Assembly: GCA_045118975.1 (NCBI GenBank) | Contig: JBGVCT010000016.1 | Location: forward strand, 28,199-92,198 | Reading direction: 5' to 3' | DNA: 64,000 nt | DNA from: Bacilli bacterium | GTDB lineage: Bacteria > Bacillota_I > Bacilli_A > RFN20 > DUOF01 | Shown here: positions 41,741 to 52,392 of the stretch, in pieces | How positions within the stretch are numbered: the stretch's first letter is position 1 | Layout: each line of letters begins with the position of its first letter | Made by a program: the position numbers and the translations under genes | The notes under the pieces: model-generated | Told to the model about the DNA's origin: nothing | What the model saw: only the letters and a program-made list of their open reading frames with translations | Database searches by the model: none

Positions 41741-41938
41741 ATGAAAGATAAGTTTGTGGGAATTGCAAGAGTTGGAGAAAAAGGACAAATAGTAATACCT
41801 AAAGAGGCTAGAGATATGTTTGGAATTAAGCCAGGGGATTGTGTTGTGGTACTATGTGATAAAAAGAAAGGAATGGCACTAGTTAAATCTGAAGCATTAG
41901 AGGATGTTATAGATAAAGTAATGCCTGAAATTGATTAG
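41741..41938 (+). CDS. AbrB/MazE/SpoVT family DNA-binding protein
   Basis: VGEKGQIVIPKEARDMFGIKPGD; RBS AGGAGG; upstream palindrome AGTATAA/TTATACT. Confidence 0.88.
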   Translation: MKDKFVGIARVGEKGQIVIPKEARDMFGIKPGDCVVVLCDKKKGMALVKSEALEDVIDKVMPEID

Positions 41939-42662
41939 TATGTATTCTATTGAGGTAAGTAAGCTAACTAAAAAGTTTAAAGAAAAAGTTGCAGTAAATG
42001 AGATGGATTTGCAAATTAAGCAAGGTGAATTATTTGCTCTTCTTGGAACTAATGGTGCTGGTAAGACAACAACAATTAAGATGTTAACAGGATTAATATT
42101 GCCTACATCTGGAAATATTAAAATAGAAAATATGGATATGAAAAAAGATATATTTAAAATCAAAGAAATTTTAAATGTATCACCGCAAGAAACTGCTATT
42201 GCTCCTAATTTGACTGTTAAGGAGAATTTAGAGTTTATGGCGGGAGTATATCAAATAGATAATAAGGATATGAAAATCAAAGAACTTGTTAAACAATTTA
42301 AATTGGATGAGATATTAAATAAAAAGGCTAAAACTTTGTCTGGTGGATGGCAAAGGAGATTATCAATTGCAATTAGTTTAATTAATGATCCAAAAATATT
42401 ATTTTTAGATGAACCAACATTAGGTTTAGATGTAATATCAAGAAAAGAGTTATGGGATATAATTAGTAATTTGAAAGGTAAGATTACAATTATTTTAACT
42501 ACTCATTATATGGAAGAAGCAGAGAGTTTGGCTGATAGAGTTGGTATAATGTCAAATAGTAATCTAGTTGATGTAGGGACAGTTGAAGAATTGATTAAGA
42601 AAACTAATAAAAAGAATTTCGAAGATGCTTTTGTATCGATTGCAACTGGAGGTAAATTATAA
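41931..42662 (+). CDS. ABC transporter ATP-binding protein
   Basis: GTNGAGKTT, LSGG and FLDEPT motifs. Confidence 0.93.
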   Translation: MISMYSIEVSKLTKKFKEKVAVNEMDLQIKQGELFALLGTNGAGKTTTIKMLTGLILPTSGNIKIENMDMKKDIFKIKEILNVSPQETAIAPNLTVKENLEFMAGVYQIDNKDMKIKELVKQFKLDEILNKKAKTLSGGWQRRLSIAISLINDPKILFLDEPTLGLDVISRKELWDIISNLKGKITIILTTHYMEEAESLADRVGIMSNSNLVDVGTVEELIKKTNKKNFEDAFVSIATGGKL

Positions 42663-43393
42663 TGAGGATGTTAAATTTTGCTAAAAGAAACTTTAAAGAG
42701 TTAATAAGGGATCCATTGAGTTTAATATTTGAGATTGTTTTACCTATATTCTTATTGTTTATATTTCAACAGATCAATATTCCAGGAGAATCTTATAAAT
42801 TAGAAAATTTCACTCCAAGTATTATAGTGTTTGGTTTATCATTTATAACACTATTTACTGCAACCTTAGTTTCTAAAGACAGGAGTTCATCTTTACTTAT
42901 AAGACTAGGAACTTCTCCGATGAAATCAAGTGATTATATTTTGGGATATATAATATCTTTGATACCAATAATTATTATTCAGAATATATTGTTCTTTTTG
43001 GTTGCTATTATATTGGGATTTAACTTCACTGTTAATATATTATACACAATCCTTATATCATTGATTGTTTCTATTGTTTTTATTGCTCTTGGTATATTAA
43101 TTGGAAGTTTAGTAAGTGAAAAAGCTACTGGAGGAATTGGAAGTATAATAGTTCAATTAGTTTGTTTTACAAGTGGAATGTATTTTTCAAAGGATTTAAT
43201 TGGTAAGGAATTTGCTACTGTTTGCGAAATATTACCTTTTGAGAGTTGTTTGAATATAATTAAAGGGATATTGAATAATAATTTATCAATTATATCAATA
43301 CAAAACATAATTGTCTTTTCAATATATACAATAGGTGTATTAGTTTTATCTATTATTATTTTTAAAAAGAAGATGTTTAGTGATAACAAATAA
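42662..43393 (+). CDS. ABC-2 type transporter permease
   Basis: Six TM segments; translationally coupled to the ATPase. Confidence 0.88.
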   Translation: MRMLNFAKRNFKELIRDPLSLIFEIVLPIFLLFIFQQINIPGESYKLENFTPSIIVFGLSFITLFTATLVSKDRSSSLLIRLGTSPMKSSDYILGYIISLIPIIIIQNILFFLVAIILGFNFTVNILYTILISLIVSIVFIALGILIGSLVSEKATGGIGSIIVQLVCFTSGMYFSKDLIGKEFATVCEILPFESCLNIIKGILNNNLSIISIQNIIVFSIYTIGVLVLSIIIFKKKMFSDNK

Positions 43394-43619
43394 TTATTAA
43401 AATATAGTTTTATGTTCATGCTAGTGTTTTTATAAAATAAAAAAAATCCCTAAAAATTGACTAGGGATGCTAAAAAAATTGGCGAAAAATTATAAGTTTT
43501 CAAAAAGTGTATGTAGAACTATTTTATAAAAAATGTGAAGGTGTTTATTTTTTAATATAATGTTTATGCAATGGAGTTTGTAATTATAATTAGTTATAAT
43601 GAAATCATAGATAGAAGAG

Positions 43620-43952
43620 GTGTTTTATATGGAAAAGATATACAACAAATTAGTTAGAGATAACATTCCTGAGATAATAAAAAAAGATAATAGTGTTCCT
43701 GTTACAAGAATTTTAAGTGATGAGGAATATAAGGTTGAATTAGAAAAAAAATTATATGAAGAATATAATGAGGTTTTAAATGCAAAGCAACCAGATGAAA
43801 GAATAGAGGAACTGGCTGATATGTTAGAAATTATATCTTCTTTAGCAAAACTAGAAAATAAATCTCTAGATGATGTGATGGAAGTTATGAATCATAAAAA
43901 TGCTAAACGTGGTGGGTTTGAAAAAAAGATTTTTTTAGAAAAGGTAATTTAA
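43620..43952 (+). CDS. MazG-like nucleoside triphosphate pyrophosphohydrolase
   Basis: YNKLVRDNIP, KLYEE, EELADMLE and KRGGFEK motifs. Confidence 0.85.
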   Translation: MFYMEKIYNKLVRDNIPEIIKKDNSVPVTRILSDEEYKVELEKKLYEEYNEVLNAKQPDERIEELADMLEIISSLAKLENKSLDDVMEVMNHKNAKRGGFEKKIFLEKVI

Positions 43953-44057
43953 AAAGATTAGTAATGAATGGAAAAAATCTTTGCCTGTAATAATCGAGGC
44001 AAGATTAAAAGAAATGAAAACAAAAAAGAAAGAAACCGCTAATAAAAGATAAAATTT

Positions 44058-44085
44058 AACCTCCCAATAAGATGGGAGGTTTTTT
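44058..44085 (+). terminator. Intrinsic terminator
   Basis: AACCTCCCA/TGGGAGGTT hairpin plus T-run. Confidence 0.7.
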
Positions 44086-44271
44086 ATTTATAAAATATAT
44101 TATTCTAAGTAGAAACAATAAATGCCTTCTACATTATAAAAAAGTTAATCATTTATTAAGGTTTGCTATATTGGATAAAAATTTTTAAAATCGACACTTT
44201 TTATAATTTTTGTTGTTCAATTTAGATTCATATAAATTTTATACTTAAATTATACAAGGGAGGTATTTAAT

Positions 44272-44625
44272 ATGAATACGGATAAGATTTATGCTGAAAA
44301 GATCGCTAGTGAGTATGCTCCTAAGAGCACTAGCAAAGTAATGGCATTAAAGAAGTTAGATAAGCTTGCTAAAAGAAATGCATTAATATTTGCATATACT
44401 TTTGGAGTTGTATCTAGTTTAGTTATGGGAGCAGGAATGAGTTTGGCTATGGGAGTAATTGGTGGAAATACATTTACTAGTGTTTTAGTAGGTATTATCA
44501 TTGGATTAGTTGGAATAGCAGGCGTTAGTGTTAACTATCCTATTTATAAAGTTTTACTAAATAGAGGTAAAAATAAGTACGGTAGTGATATTATAAGATT
44601 AGCTAAAGAAATTAGTGAAGAATAA
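44272..44625 (+). CDS. Conserved two-TM membrane protein
   Basis: Two hydrophobic segments; RBS GGGAGG; first gene of the TetR operon. Confidence 0.7.
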   Translation: MNTDKIYAEKIASEYAPKSTSKVMALKKLDKLAKRNALIFAYTFGVVSSLVMGAGMSLAMGVIGGNTFTSVLVGIIIGLVGIAGVSVNYPIYKVLLNRGKNKYGSDIIRLAKEISEE

Positions 44626-44630
44626 GGGAA

Positions 44631-45230
44631 GTGATGAGCGTGAATAAATCAGAGAGTAAATATTTTAATACGGCTTTACTTATGGATGAAGCGCTTTTAA
44701 TTCTTTTAGAAAAGAAGGATTTTGAATTTATTAGTGTAAAAGAGATTTGTGATAAGGCGGGAGTTAATAGATCTACTTTTTATCTTCATTATGAGAATAT
44801 GGATGATTTATTGAAAGAAACAATAGAACTTATTAATAGAAAATTTAATGAATCTTTTGGTAAAAAGATAGTTAATTTAAATGTTTCTAGTAGAGAAGAG
44901 TTGTTTTTTATAAAAGATGAATATTTGATTCCATATTTGAATCTTATAAAAAAGCATAAAAAAGTATTTAAATTAATTCATGAAAAGCCATATTTATTTA
45001 ATAACGAATCGGAGAAGAATAATTTATATAATTCTTTATTTAATAAAATATTGGGGATGTATGGAGTTAAGGAGGAAGATAGGGAATATATTTTTTCCTA
45101 TTATACTCAAGGAACATTAGCAATTATTTTAAAGTGGGTAGAGAAGGATTGTTTAGATGATATTGAGAAAATCTCTAAAATAATTATAGAGGTGATTAAT
45201 TACAAGAATGAAGATAATAGAAATAGCTAA
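44631..45230 (+). CDS. TetR/AcrR family regulator
   Basis: ISVKEICDKAGVNRSTFYLHY HTH. Confidence 0.92.
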   Translation: MMSVNKSESKYFNTALLMDEALLILLEKKDFEFISVKEICDKAGVNRSTFYLHYENMDDLLKETIELINRKFNESFGKKIVNLNVSSREELFFIKDEYLIPYLNLIKKHKKVFKLIHEKPYLFNNESEKNNLYNSLFNKILGMYGVKEEDREYIFSYYTQGTLAIILKWVEKDCLDDIEKISKIIIEVINYKNEDNRNS

Positions 45231-46152
45231 TTATTATAGAAATTTATCGTTTAAAGAAAGAACTATATTGGGCACTAAATTTTCTATATTACTCAATTTG
45301 TTATTAGGGATAGGAAAGATATTCTTATCCTTCTTTTTTAGTATTTTCTTTTTAGTTGCAGGAATAGTGAATATTTTCATTATGCTTACTAAACTAGAGT
45401 GTTATTTGGGAGTTAAATATCCAGATAAGAAAACATTTGAATATAGGAATAAGTGTGTTGGTATATTTCTTCTTATTGCAGGATTAGAATATTCAATATA
45501 TATGGCTAGAATGGTATTTACTGATACAAGTGTTATGAGCTATGACATGATTTTGGGAATAATTATTGCCTGTGTATCATTTGTCGAACTTGCTATTGCT
45601 ATTATAGGGTGTTTTAAATCTTATGGTAAAGGGCACTATTATAGAAATATCAAATTAACCAGTTTGTGTAGCGCGCTTACTGCAATTGTATTAACTGAAG
45701 TAGCTCTTACTTCATTTGCTAGTGAAACAGATCTTAGAGTAATAAATGGGATTGTTGGGATGATAGTAGGAGTCATCATTGTTTTAATATCTATCTATGT
45801 TTTTATCTCTCCTAGAATTAGTATTGTAGATAGAGAACATAATGTGTATAAGATAAAAGAAAATGTAGAACCAATAAAAGAAAAAGAAATCAGAATTAAA
45901 TTAACTAATAGTAAGTTTTATAGAGATTATGTTTATGTCGCTAAAGTAGAAAAAGATATCATTGATGGACATATAATTCAAGAAAAAAGTCCAATATGGA
46001 GTTGGAATATATATGTTTTAATTTTAGTGTGTGTTTTATCAGAAATACTTATATTTCCTTATGCGATTGGTGCGCTAGTATATCATTTTAAGTGTAGGAA
46101 TATTATTGATAAATTAGATAATAAAATGTTGATGTTAGGATATGAAAAATAA
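45208..46152 (+). CDS. Hypothetical multi-pass membrane protein
   Basis: About seven hydrophobic segments. Confidence 0.7.
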   Translation: MKIIEIANYYRNLSFKERTILGTKFSILLNLLLGIGKIFLSFFFSIFFLVAGIVNIFIMLTKLECYLGVKYPDKKTFEYRNKCVGIFLLIAGLEYSIYMARMVFTDTSVMSYDMILGIIIACVSFVELAIAIIGCFKSYGKGHYYRNIKLTSLCSALTAIVLTEVALTSFASETDLRVINGIVGMIVGVIIVLISIYVFISPRISIVDREHNVYKIKENVEPIKEKEIRIKLTNSKFYRDYVYVAKVEKDIIDGHIIQEKSPIWSWNIYVLILVCVLSEILIFPYAIGALVYHFKCRNIIDKLDNKMLMLGYEK

Positions 46153-46229
46153 TTATAAATAATACAAAAATTAAATAGATATAAAAAAATAGTTTGGCAT
46201 TCATTTAGTCAAACTTTTTTTCTTTCAAT

Positions 46230-46922
46230 TTGATTTTTAAAAAAGAAGATTATGGTATAATTGATTTTGGTGATAGTATGATTTTTTATGGAAAAATTGC
46301 TCTATTTGATTTTGATGGAACATTAGTGGATTCAATGCCTGTGTGGGGAGAAAAGATGTTTAGACTTCTTAGAATGCAAGGGATAACTCCTCCAGGGGGT
46401 TTACTTAGAACTATAACTCCTCTAGGAGATGCAGGAACACTAAACTATTATCAAAATAATTTTGCACTTACCATGACAAAAGAAGAAATGATACAAGAAA
46501 TGGATAATTATGCTTTGCCTAAATACGCTAATGAGATTCCATTAAAAGAAAATGTATTAAACTATTTACAAATTTTAAAAGAAAATGGAGTAAAGTTATA
46601 TATTTTAACTGCTAGTCCGCATAAAGCTTTTGAACCATGTTTACAAAGATTAGGAATTTTAGATATGTTTGAAAAGTGCTGGTGTTGTGATGACTTTAAT
46701 ATGGTTAAAAGTGATGTTAATATCTACTTAGAAGTTGCTAAAACAATTGGAGTTAATCCTGAAGATATAACTTTTTTTGACGATAATAAAGTTGCAATTG
46801 AAACTGCTAATAAGGCAGGATTACATACAATTGCTGTATATGATGATAGTTCTAGTAATGATAAAGAAGATATGAAAAAAGTGGCTGATTACTATTCTAA
46901 TGAGTATGCAGATTTAATTTAA
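46230..46922 (+). CDS. HAD-family phosphatase
   Basis: FDFDGTLVDS, LTAS and FFDD motifs. Start probably ATG 46278. Confidence 0.9.
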   Translation: MIFKKEDYGIIDFGDSMIFYGKIALFDFDGTLVDSMPVWGEKMFRLLRMQGITPPGGLLRTITPLGDAGTLNYYQNNFALTMTKEEMIQEMDNYALPKYANEIPLKENVLNYLQILKENGVKLYILTASPHKAFEPCLQRLGILDMFEKCWCCDDFNMVKSDVNIYLEVAKTIGVNPEDITFFDDNKVAIETANKAGLHTIAVYDDSSSNDKEDMKKVADYYSNEYADLI

Positions 46923-46943
46923 TAATTAATAATAAAGGAAATT

Positions 46944-47975
46944 ATGGGGGATATTTATATGAAAAAATATGCAATATATGGAGCAGGTTCTTTAGGAACT
47001 GTATTAGGAGCTTATATTAGTAAAAATGGTATTGAAGTGGATTTAATTAATAGAAATGTAGCACATGTTAAAGCATTAAATGAAAAAGGTGCTAGAATTG
47101 AGGGAACTGTTGATTTAACTGTACCTGTTAAAGCACTTACAGTGGAAGAGATGAGTGATAAATATGATGTTATTTTGCTTTTGACTAAGCAATTACAAAA
47201 TAAAGAAGTTGTTACAAAGCTAAAGAATCATTTAACAGATGATGGAGTAATTGTTACTCTTCAAAATGGCTTACCTGAACCATTAATCGCAGAAATAGTT
47301 GGTGCCAACCATACAATGGGATGTGTAGTAGAGTGGGGTGCCACTTTAAAAGAACCTGGAGTATGTGTTTTAACAAGTGATCCATCATCACTTTCTTTCC
47401 ATATGGGAAAAATGGATGGTATTAGTGATGAGCAATTCAAGATGGTTAAAGAACTTTTAGAAAATATGTGTCCAGTACATGAAGAAGAGAACCTACTTGG
47501 AGCTCGTTGGTCTAAGTTGCTTATTAATGCAACCTTCTCAGGACTAGGTACAGTAGTTGGTGGAGTATTTGGTGATGTTAGTGAAAATAAAGAAGCTAGA
47601 AAAGTGGCTATTCGTTGTATGAAGGAAGTTATTGATGTTGGTACTAGTACAGGAATAACTTTTGCTCCAGTTCAAGGAAAAAACATTACTAAGTTATTTT
47701 ATTACAAGAATGCGTTTAAAAGATTTATTGCTACTCTTTTGATTCCTATTGCTATGAAAAAGCATAGAAACATTGAACCATCTATGTTACAAGATATTAA
47801 AAAGAGCAAGCCTTGTGAAGTTGATGCTATAAATGGTATGGTTGTAGAGTTTGGTAAGAAGAATGGAGTAGCAACTCCAATTAATAGTAAAATTGTTGAG
47901 ATTATTAAGAAAATAGAGGCAGGAGAATTAAAGCCAGAGGCTAGTAACATAGAACTTTTTAAAGATCTATTATAA
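46944..47975 (+). CDS. panE: Ketopantoate reductase family protein
   Basis: GAGSLG, LQNG, WSKLLIN and SMLQD...EVDAING motifs. Confidence 0.8.
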   Translation: MGDIYMKKYAIYGAGSLGTVLGAYISKNGIEVDLINRNVAHVKALNEKGARIEGTVDLTVPVKALTVEEMSDKYDVILLLTKQLQNKEVVTKLKNHLTDDGVIVTLQNGLPEPLIAEIVGANHTMGCVVEWGATLKEPGVCVLTSDPSSLSFHMGKMDGISDEQFKMVKELLENMCPVHEEENLLGARWSKLLINATFSGLGTVVGGVFGDVSENKEARKVAIRCMKEVIDVGTSTGITFAPVQGKNITKLFYYKNAFKRFIATLLIPIAMKKHRNIEPSMLQDIKKSKPCEVDAINGMVVEFGKKNGVATPINSKIVEIIKKIEAGELKPEASNIELFKDLL

Positions 47976-48054
47976 AAAAGCATCAATATAATTGTTGTTG
48001 AAAATGGGCGTGTTATACTTGGGGTATAATTATTTATTATTTGGAGGGTAATGT

Positions 48055-48654
48055 ATGAAGGAAGACTTAAAATGTAATGGTTGCGGTGGTCAACTTGCTA
48101 AAATAGAAAATGAAGAGAATACTTATGTGTGTTTACATTGTGGTAATAAGATGGTTATTGCTGAAGATGTAAATAATAATAACTATAATGTTACTAATCA
48201 TGTTACAAATCATATCTATGGAAACGTTGTTTCTGAAGCAGATGATAGGGACAAGGTAGATTTAATGGCTAATGTTGAAGCTATGATTAAAATGGAAGAA
48301 TATCAAAAAGCATATAAAATGTTACTTTCAGTCTCTGAAAAAGAGCCAGGGAATACAATCGTATGGTGGTTGCTTTCTAAAACTGCTATGTCTGCTGCTA
48401 TTAGACAATTTAGAAGAGGAGAAACAAGCAATCACACTTATACAAGAGATTATAAACGTCACTATGAGAAATATTGCTTATTAGCAGGTGATAAAAAAGA
48501 TCCTAATATAGAAAAAGAATACAAAGAATTAGAAGAAACTTTATTGAAATATCTTAATAGAGAAATAAAATATAGCTCAACGGCTTTAAAAATTATGTTA
48601 GGCATTATTGTAGTAGCGGTGGTTGCTGCAATAGGTATATCATTGATTTTTTAA
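48055..48654 (+). CDS. Zinc-ribbon protein with TPR-like helices and a C-terminal TM anchor
   Basis: CNGCG...CLHCG and a C-terminal hydrophobic stretch. Confidence 0.65.
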   Translation: MKEDLKCNGCGGQLAKIENEENTYVCLHCGNKMVIAEDVNNNNYNVTNHVTNHIYGNVVSEADDRDKVDLMANVEAMIKMEEYQKAYKMLLSVSEKEPGNTIVWWLLSKTAMSAAIRQFRRGETSNHTYTRDYKRHYEKYCLLAGDKKDPNIEKEYKELEETLLKYLNREIKYSSTALKIMLGIIVVAVVAAIGISLIF

Positions 48655-48950
48655 GATTTATTATAATTGATTTTAGGCATTATCTTTTTATAAAAAAGAT
48701 AGTGCTTTTTATTTTTTGTTGGATTTTCCTTAAAGTGCACTAAAAGCTCATTTTGTTGACAAATTTACTCTAAATTGGTATTCTCTTCCTTGCGCGGCAA
48801 TAAAAAAAGGTAAAAGTTGAGCTTTTTACCTAATAAAAAAGGAGTAACTATTTATAAAGATTTATATTAAATGATTAATTAAATTATTTAAAACTTGTAT
48901 GTAGTGATAGGGGAGTATTACTTATTACAAGTTATAAAGGGGAAAAATTT

Positions 48951-50555
48951 ATGAAAAATTACGAAGAAGAATTAGAAACGCTAATTAGAGCGGGCGCTAA
49001 GGTTGTAGAAATTGCATCTTTTGAGTGGGAAAGGGTGCATGGATTTACTAACTATGTAAGTGAGATATTAGGAATTGCTTGGTATTCATGGAGTAGTGTT
49101 TCAGGGCTTAGAATTTGGGAACAAGGAAAGTTAAAAGTTATTAATCCTGATTGTACTACCCTAGCGGCTGTATTGGAATATTATTTAAATAATGAAAGTG
49201 ATATGCTACTTGTATTAGAGGATTTTCATCCATATAGTGAGGTGGGATATCCAGTAAATGTAAGATATATAAGAGAAATGATGAGACCACAAAATTATTC
49301 TGGTAGCTATAAAAAAGCTATTATTTTAAGTGCGCCTAGTAAGTTTGTACCAGAAGAGTTATCTAAAGAATTACCGGTTATTGAGGTTGAATTACCTGAT
49401 AGAAGTATTATTGAGGTAATTGCTCATACTGTTGTAGAAGAGTATAGTGATTATTGTATTGAGAGTGAGATAACTCCTAAACTTTTAGAGTCTGCTCTTG
49501 GTCTTACTGTAATGGAGGCAAGATTAGCATTTGCTAAAGCTATTATTACAAATAGAAAATTAACTGATGAGGAGATCCCTTTAATAATTAGCGAAAAAGA
49601 GCAAATTATTAAAAAGAGTGGTCTTTTAGAGTATTTCCATCCAAAAGAATATTTAACTAATGTTGGTGGTTTAGAAAATTTAAAGGATTGGATAAGAAAA
49701 AGAGGTAATGCATATAGTGATGATGCTAGGGCTTATGGATTAAATACTCCTAGAGGTGTATTACTGCTTGGAGTTCCTGGTTGTGGTAAGTCATTAACTG
49801 CTAAAGCAATAGCAAATGAGTGGCAATTTCCTCTTTTGAGATTTGATTTGGGCAAGGTGTTCAGTGGATTTGTTGGTGAGTCGGAAAGAAATATAAGATA
49901 TGCTCTAGATGTTGCTAAAACTATTTCGCCATGTGTTTTATGGATAGATGAAATTGAAAAGGGTTTAAGTGGGACTCAAAGTAGTGGTAAGGCTGATGGT
50001 GGTACTAGTGCTAGAGTATTTGGAACTTTATTAACTTGGATGCAAGAAAAAGAGGATCCTGTATTTGTAGTGGCTACTGCCAATGATATAAGTTCATTGC
50101 CGCCAGAGTTACTAAGAAAAGGAAGATTTGATGAAATCTTTTTTGTTGATTTACCTACTGCAATGGAAAGAGAAAATATTTTTAGGATACATTTAGAAAA
50201 TAAAAATAGAGACATCAAAACTTTAAAATTGGATATTAATAAATTAGTGAAAAATACAGAGGGATTCTCTGGTGCTGAGATTGAAGAAGTTATAAATGAA
50301 GCATTATTTAATGCTTATGCAAATGGTCAAGATGATTTAAAAATGGAAAATTTAATGGAGTGTATATATACTACCTCTCCCTTATCAAAAACAATGGCAG
50401 AGACTATTTCTAATTTGAGAAAATGGGCTAAAGAGAGAGCTAGACTTGCAAGTGATGGTATTCCAGAGAAAGTAATGGATTTAGGAGTAGATGTACCAAG
50501 ATTGCATCAAGAGTGTAAGAATCCATTTGTTAAGAGGGAAGATTATGATAAATAG
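48951..50555 (+). CDS. Ycf46-like AAA+ ATPase
   Basis: Degenerate N-terminal AAA domain (LEDFHPY), then VGGLENLK, GVPGCGKS, WIDEIEK and LLRKGRFDE. Confidence 0.88.
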   Translation: MKNYEEELETLIRAGAKVVEIASFEWERVHGFTNYVSEILGIAWYSWSSVSGLRIWEQGKLKVINPDCTTLAAVLEYYLNNESDMLLVLEDFHPYSEVGYPVNVRYIREMMRPQNYSGSYKKAIILSAPSKFVPEELSKELPVIEVELPDRSIIEVIAHTVVEEYSDYCIESEITPKLLESALGLTVMEARLAFAKAIITNRKLTDEEIPLIISEKEQIIKKSGLLEYFHPKEYLTNVGGLENLKDWIRKRGNAYSDDARAYGLNTPRGVLLLGVPGCGKSLTAKAIANEWQFPLLRFDLGKVFSGFVGESERNIRYALDVAKTISPCVLWIDEIEKGLSGTQSSGKADGGTSARVFGTLLTWMQEKEDPVFVVATANDISSLPPELLRKGRFDEIFFVDLPTAMERENIFRIHLENKNRDIKTLKLDINKLVKNTEGFSGAEIEEVINEALFNAYANGQDDLKMENLMECIYTTSPLSKTMAETISNLRKWAKERARLASDGIPEKVMDLGVDVPRLHQECKNPFVKREDYDK

Positions 50556-52389
50556 TAAGGTTATAAAGGTTATAAAAGAGAATTCCTTTAATCAAGGGTG
50601 GACACTTTTTGATAAGTGGGAATTTTCAGTGAGTAAAAATCATTTATTTCAAGAATATTCACTTGCTTCATTAATTGAACTTATAAATGGTGCTAGTGTT
50701 ATTAATCTTATATTGAAAGAAGCTTGTTTAGATGAAAATTTAGTTATAGCGTTAAATAGAGTTAGTCTAAATGTCAAAGTGAATGTGATATCTAGAAATG
50801 AAGAAATTGTTTCTACATATCCTGATTTAAAAATAGATAACTTAAGGATTGATGATAATTTAGATTTCAATTACATTGGAGTTATTGGTAAAGAAAATAA
50901 AAATTTTATATTATTTGATAAGTATGTAGAAACTAATGATTTGATTAATAAGATATATTTTAATCATGAAGATATAAAAGAAGATTATTCTTTTTTTACT
51001 CAGGTGGCTAGGCTTATTATTGTGGATAAAAAAGGCGAAAGAGATTATTCACAATTAATTATGGAGGCAAATAAGGAAAAGATAGAGTGTATATATGTTG
51101 TAGATCCTAAATACTACAATAAAGATATCTTTTATTATGCTTTAACAAATAAACTGGATTTAGTATTAGCGGATGTTTTAAAAGAGGGAATAATACTTCA
51201 AAATAAGAATGCTACATTATCTTGTTTAATAAAGACAAATAGTGGTAAATATACTACTTATCCTCTAGATGCTATGGACTCTTTTGTTAGAAATACTTAC
51301 AAATGTTTATTTTGTGATGATAATGCTAATATTGATAATATGCTTGATAGAGTATATTGTGTATCTAATGGAACAATTGAAAATTTTAGTTTGACGGATA
51401 CAAAGGTTGTTTTTTGTGATGTTAAATTGAATTCAATTAGTGATTTTGTAAGTGAGAATTTTGATGATTCAATAAGTGAGGAACATAATAATTACTCTAA
51501 TAAGGCATATAAGGTGGAATATCAATTTAATCTTATTCCTCCAACATTTGATAATACTTATAGTTTATCTAGTATTTATGATGAAGTGCATGAGTTAAAA
51601 AAAGAATGGGATGAAGTACAAACTCTTAAAGTGGATGAAATTAAAAGAGATTATGATGAAATCATGGAAGAGGATGTAGGTTTAATTGAGTTTATTGATA
51701 GTGGTGTCAAATTTGATGAAACATTAACAGGCATTATTGATGAGTGTAGGTATGAGGGATATTATAAATTAGTTAATAATGCTAAAGCTTTATTTGAAAA
51801 CTATAAGCGTTCATTACTTGTTAGATGTAAGGACATGTTTAATGCTGTTAATAAAGAAAACTTGAATTCTAAGTTTGATAAATTTGATGAAGAAATTGAA
51901 GGATATAAAAATACTATTCAAGAGAAAAGAACCCTTATATTAGAAGGGATAGATGTAAATAGTAATAAAAGAAGTGTAGAGATATTAGAAAAGAAAGTGT
52001 CAGATTTATTAAGACTTAAAGCTAGCTTTGAAAGTAAGGCTAATACTATAAGAGATGATAAAGGGTTAGAAGTGTTTTTGGACAAGTGTAATGAAATTAT
52101 CAATAATGATAAGCAAATACAATCTATTTCAGATATTGTCAAAACAAAAGAGATTTCTAAAATGGCTAAGTTAAAGGCATTTATAGATAGTTATTTGTAT
52201 TCAATAAATGCCTATATTGTAAATTGTCTTAATATTATAGATAGATTAAGAGATTTACATCTTCCTGAAAATTATCCTGTATATGAAAAGAATGGTGAAA
52301 GATATATTGTTATTGATGATTTATATGAATATTATGACACTAAATGTTTGAGGGAAGAGTTTAACTTGAAGTGTATAGCAAGGAGATAG
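50545..52389 (+). CDS. Hypothetical protein with C-terminal coiled coil
   Basis: Long ORF overlapping the AAA gene end; start re-called at ATG 50545. Confidence 0.7.
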   Translation: MINSKVIKVIKENSFNQGWTLFDKWEFSVSKNHLFQEYSLASLIELINGASVINLILKEACLDENLVIALNRVSLNVKVNVISRNEEIVSTYPDLKIDNLRIDDNLDFNYIGVIGKENKNFILFDKYVETNDLINKIYFNHEDIKEDYSFFTQVARLIIVDKKGERDYSQLIMEANKEKIECIYVVDPKYYNKDIFYYALTNKLDLVLADVLKEGIILQNKNATLSCLIKTNSGKYTTYPLDAMDSFVRNTYKCLFCDDNANIDNMLDRVYCVSNGTIENFSLTDTKVVFCDVKLNSISDFVSENFDDSISEEHNNYSNKAYKVEYQFNLIPPTFDNTYSLSSIYDEVHELKKEWDEVQTLKVDEIKRDYDEIMEEDVGLIEFIDSGVKFDETLTGIIDECRYEGYYKLVNNAKALFENYKRSLLVRCKDMFNAVNKENLNSKFDKFDEEIEGYKNTIQEKRTLILEGIDVNSNKRSVEILEKKVSDLLRLKASFESKANTIRDDKGLEVFLDKCNEIINNDKQIQSISDIVKTKEISKMAKLKAFIDSYLYSINAYIVNCLNIIDRLRDLHLPENYPVYEKNGERYIVIDDLYEYYDTKCLREEFNLKCIARR

Positions 52390-52392
52390 TTT

